DNA of 64,000 nucleotides, from NCBI GenBank assembly GCA_963803805.1, contig CAWDOD010000002.1:704001-768000 (forward strand), in the 5' to 3' direction. Positions 61,414 to 64,000 of the stretch are shown here, piece after piece. Source of the stretch: an uncultured cyanobacterium (GTDB lineage: Bacteria; Cyanobacteriota; Cyanobacteriia; Cyanobacteriales; CAWCAG01). Numbering within the stretch: the first letter of the stretch is position 1; each line of letters begins with the position of its first letter. Made by a program: the position numbers and the translations under genes. The notes below the pieces were generated by a model. It was not told the origin of the DNA and did no database searches. It saw only the letters and a program-made list of their open reading frames with translations.

Positions 61414-63099
61414 ATGAATAACCACAAATTCACTGTACTCATTATCAGCAATCAAGCTAATGAACTAACTTATTTAACTGATTTATTGGTTAAAGAAGAA
61501 TATTCTGTAGAAACATTTACATCTATAGAATTAGCTAGAGAAGCAGTAGATAATATCCAAATAGATCTGATTTTAATCGACCTAGAACCACCGAAGATAA
61601 AAGCAAATGAGGTATCTAAAATATTTAGGAATAAAGCTAATACTAGGGATATTCCTATTATCTTCTCAGTTAAATTAGAGAATGATTTTGACAGAGAAGA
61701 AATTTTTGCAATAGATAACTGTGATTATTTAATCAAGCCTTGGCATCAAGGAGAAATTATAGCTCGTCTGGCTAATCAACTTCAAAGAAAATCATCAGAA
61801 AATTGGCAAATAATTCGTCAACTATTCGACTGTAGCCAGCAATTTGTTTTTGTATTAACCGTAGCAGGAAATATCATTGAAGTTAATCAAACAGCACTAA
61901 ACTTTGCTGGTATTAACCCTGAAGATGTGATCAACCTTCCCTTGTGGGAAACAAGCTGGTGGGCAACTTCTGCGGCAAACCAAGAGCAGTTAAGAGAGGC
62001 GATCGCAACTGCGGCTAGGGGAGAATTAGTACGTTACGATACTGAGATTCAGGGACAAGATACTACTGCCAATATTGACTTTACGGTTCAACTTTTAAGC
62101 CATGAAGGAGGAGAAAGCCAAATTCTGATCTGCGAAGGTTGGGAAATTACCTCTAGGAAATTAGCAATAGAATTAGAGAACCAGGGTAAGAGCCACTTTT
62201 TAGTGAATATGAATCACGAACTTCGTACTCCCCTCAACGCTATTATTGGTTTTAGCCAATTATTACTTGGCGAATCTCTAACTTCACAACAGCAGGAGTA
62301 TGTAGCCATAATTGATCGTAATGGTGAGTACTTATTATCCCTAGTCAACGACATTCTGGAAATATCGGCCATTGAAGGAGGTAAAGTTACCCTTCATAAA
62401 ACTAGTTTTGATTTTTATGAATTTCTAGACGCTTTAGAAGAAATTCCCCAAATCAAAGCAGTTTCCAAAGGGTTAGAACTGAATTTCGAGCTAGCTGCCA
62501 ACTTACCCCAACAGATTTACACCGATAAAGCTAAGTTGCGTCAAGTTTTGACTAGCTTGCTTGATTATGCTATCAGGTATACCCAAGAAGGACAGATCTA
62601 CTTAAATGTTTCCTCAAGGGCTAACAATGAGCAACAATTGATTCGCTTTGAAATATCTAGTACTAGTTCTGTTATAAATCCAGAAGAAGTTGAACGTCAG
62701 CCTTTTGAAGGAGAGTCAGAAGCCCAGACAAATCTTGCTTTATTAATCACTCAAAAAATTGCTCACTTACTGGAGGCGCAAATTAGTATTAATAGGGAAA
62801 TAGCACAGGGAAACATCTTTAGTTTGGAAATTTCTGTACAAGAGATGCCCACTGTGACAGCAACTCCAACGGCAACTCCATTACCTAATTCTTTAAGGGT
62901 AGAGGATCTAAGTGTGATGTCAAGGGAGTGGATTGAGGAGTTGTATCAAGCAGCCCTTGCTGTGGATGATCGGCAAATTTTGTTGTTAGTAGAACAAATT
63001 CCTGAAACGGAAGCTAATTTAGCAGAACTAATTACTAACGCAGTTAATAGTTTTCGTTTAGATATATTAGTGGAAGTAATTGAAGATTATCGAAAGTGA
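61414..63099 (+). CDS. Degenerate hybrid sensor kinase: pseudo-REC, PAS, HisKA, eroded HATPase
   Basis: H-box NHELRTPLNAIIGF intact; PAS IEVNQTAL...LWETSWW; N and G boxes replaced (TSLLDYAIRYT, ISSTSS, QTNLAL). Confidence 0.8.
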   Translation: MNNHKFTVLIISNQANELTYLTDLLVKEEYSVETFTSIELAREAVDNIQIDLILIDLEPPKIKANEVSKIFRNKANTRDIPIIFSVKLENDFDREEIFAIDNCDYLIKPWHQGEIIARLANQLQRKSSENWQIIRQLFDCSQQFVFVLTVAGNIIEVNQTALNFAGINPEDVINLPLWETSWWATSAANQEQLREAIATAARGELVRYDTEIQGQDTTANIDFTVQLLSHEGGESQILICEGWEITSRKLAIELENQGKSHFLVNMNHELRTPLNAIIGFSQLLLGESLTSQQQEYVAIIDRNGEYLLSLVNDILEISAIEGGKVTLHKTSFDFYEFLDALEEIPQIKAVSKGLELNFELAANLPQQIYTDKAKLRQVLTSLLDYAIRYTQEGQIYLNVSSRANNEQQLIRFEISSTSSVINPEEVERQPFEGESEAQTNLALLITQKIAHLLEAQISINREIAQGNIFSLEISVQEMPTVTATPTATPLPNSLRVEDLSVMSREWIEELYQAALAVDDRQILLLVEQIPETEANLAELITNAVNSFRLDILVEVIEDYRK

Positions 63100-63133
63100 T
63101 TCAATAATTTACAATTAGCCATTGGTAAACAAA

Positions 63134-63171
63134 ATAATGTAGAGACATTCTTGGAGCCGTCTCTACATTAT
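63134..63171. repeat. REP-like palindrome / possible terminator
   Basis: 13-bp perfect inverted repeat ATAATGTAGAGAC / GTCTCTACATTAT just after the kinase gene. Confidence 0.7.
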
Positions 63172-63276
63172 CCGCTTTAGTTGCACAGGTTATTTGTGGG
63201 AGTAGGGAGTACACGTATTTGATTATAATAATTGAGGGGGCGCTACAGTAAAAGTATTGAGTCAATAATAGAAATT

Positions 63277-64000
63277 ATGCTCATAGAATCTATTATCAGC
63301 GCCTTAACAACCATTGTTAATCCCAGTGAAATCATCAAGGATGAACTGAAACGTAATGAGACAGTTATCAAACTCCTCAAGAGGTTTCACCTTGATCCTG
63401 AACAACCACCCAAGGAGTTTGCCGCAGTTTATGGCTATGCTTTGGTGGAGTATGGTGTGGGGAAATCGCCAACTATTTTAAATGTCTTTCGGCAACAGGA
63501 AATTAAGAAAGTCTTTAAACAAGCTTTTGAAAGTAATCAACCTTCCCGATTATTTCAGGAAGTAGCCAACTTTCTGACTGACCATTCATTAGGGCAACGG
63601 CTAAGGGAAGAAAATGTTGATTGGCAGCGAGAATTATCTGAATTTGCTGGTATTTTCCTGGCAGTAGTAAAGCGTACTCGCACCCCCGCAGAAGTGTTAG
63701 CTAGTCAGCAATTGGGTTCTCTACACAAGACTTTGACTAGTTTACAGCAAGCCTTGGCTAATTTGCCTACTACCGAGAGTATGCAGCGAGAAATTATTAA
63801 ATTGATATCTCAAGGTTATCCTGCTTTGCAACCAGCAAATAAGAAGCCATGTCAAGCTGCTGAGTTGGGGCAGCAATTGCTGGATTGGTTTGAGACTTTG
63901 GGTTATGGGTTTGAAGGTTATCAGGTGTGGGCAGAGGAATATTTTGCCACTATTATCAATGTTCGTGTGTGGAGGAAAAATTATCGTCGCATTTTGGTGA
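63277..64000 (+). CDS. N-terminal part of a large protein running off the window, possibly NACHT-type
   Basis: Open from ATG 63277 to the end: ...LKRNETVIKLLKRFHLDPEQPPKEFAAVYGYALVEYGVGK...WFETLGYGFE; absent from the ORF track because it has no stop. Confidence 0.7.
   Translation, partial: MLIESIISALTTIVNPSEIIKDELKRNETVIKLLKRFHLDPEQPPKEFAAVYGYALVEYGVGKSPTILNVFRQQEIKKVFKQAFESNQPSRLFQEVANFLTDHSLGQRLREENVDWQRELSEFAGIFLAVVKRTRTPAEVLASQQLGSLHKTLTSLQQALANLPTTESMQREIIKLISQGYPALQPANKKPCQAAELGQQLLDWFETLGYGFEGYQVWAEEYFATIINVRVWRKNYRRILV

Overview
Chromosomal segment of a cyanobacterium: HIP1 octamers (GCGATCGC) are frequent, and it carries nblS/hik33, an hpsA-D cluster, xisH/xisI, Uma2 and short tandem heptamer repeats. 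The backbone is housekeeping: secD-secF, uppS-cdaA-lysA, rimI-clpC, nblS, ureE, purN, rpmB, gyrA, leuB, an AMIN-domain amidase and a GH116 hydrolase. Two accessory or defence-like patches interrupt it. At 2.7-5.7 kb there is a DUF433/DUF5615 toxin-antitoxin pair plus a large PD-(D/E)XK protein. At 12.3-17.7 kb there are DUF433, xisHI, an NB-ARC-TPR NLR-like gene, a small partner gene and an HsdR-N-like nuclease. Best candidate for an undescribed system: the NLR-like protein and its upstream small partner share a gap-free ~26-aa N-terminal motif (GDxIxxFxG[VI]GK...Q), the arrangement expected of amyloid-type homotypic receptor-effector signalling. Other notable items are an Amt-histidine kinase-receiver-adenylate cyclase fusion, two related 9 x 21-bp arrays 46 kb apart, a stand-alone fungal/Thermus-type homocitrate synthase, a sigma factor/DUF1822 pair, a secreted peptide-precursor-like gene and a pseudo-histidine kinase. 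secF, uppS, a TPR gene and hpsA are broken by small indels, most likely assembly errors. No rRNA, tRNA, CRISPR array or intact transposase was seen. All family assignments come from motif recognition by eye; no database search was run.
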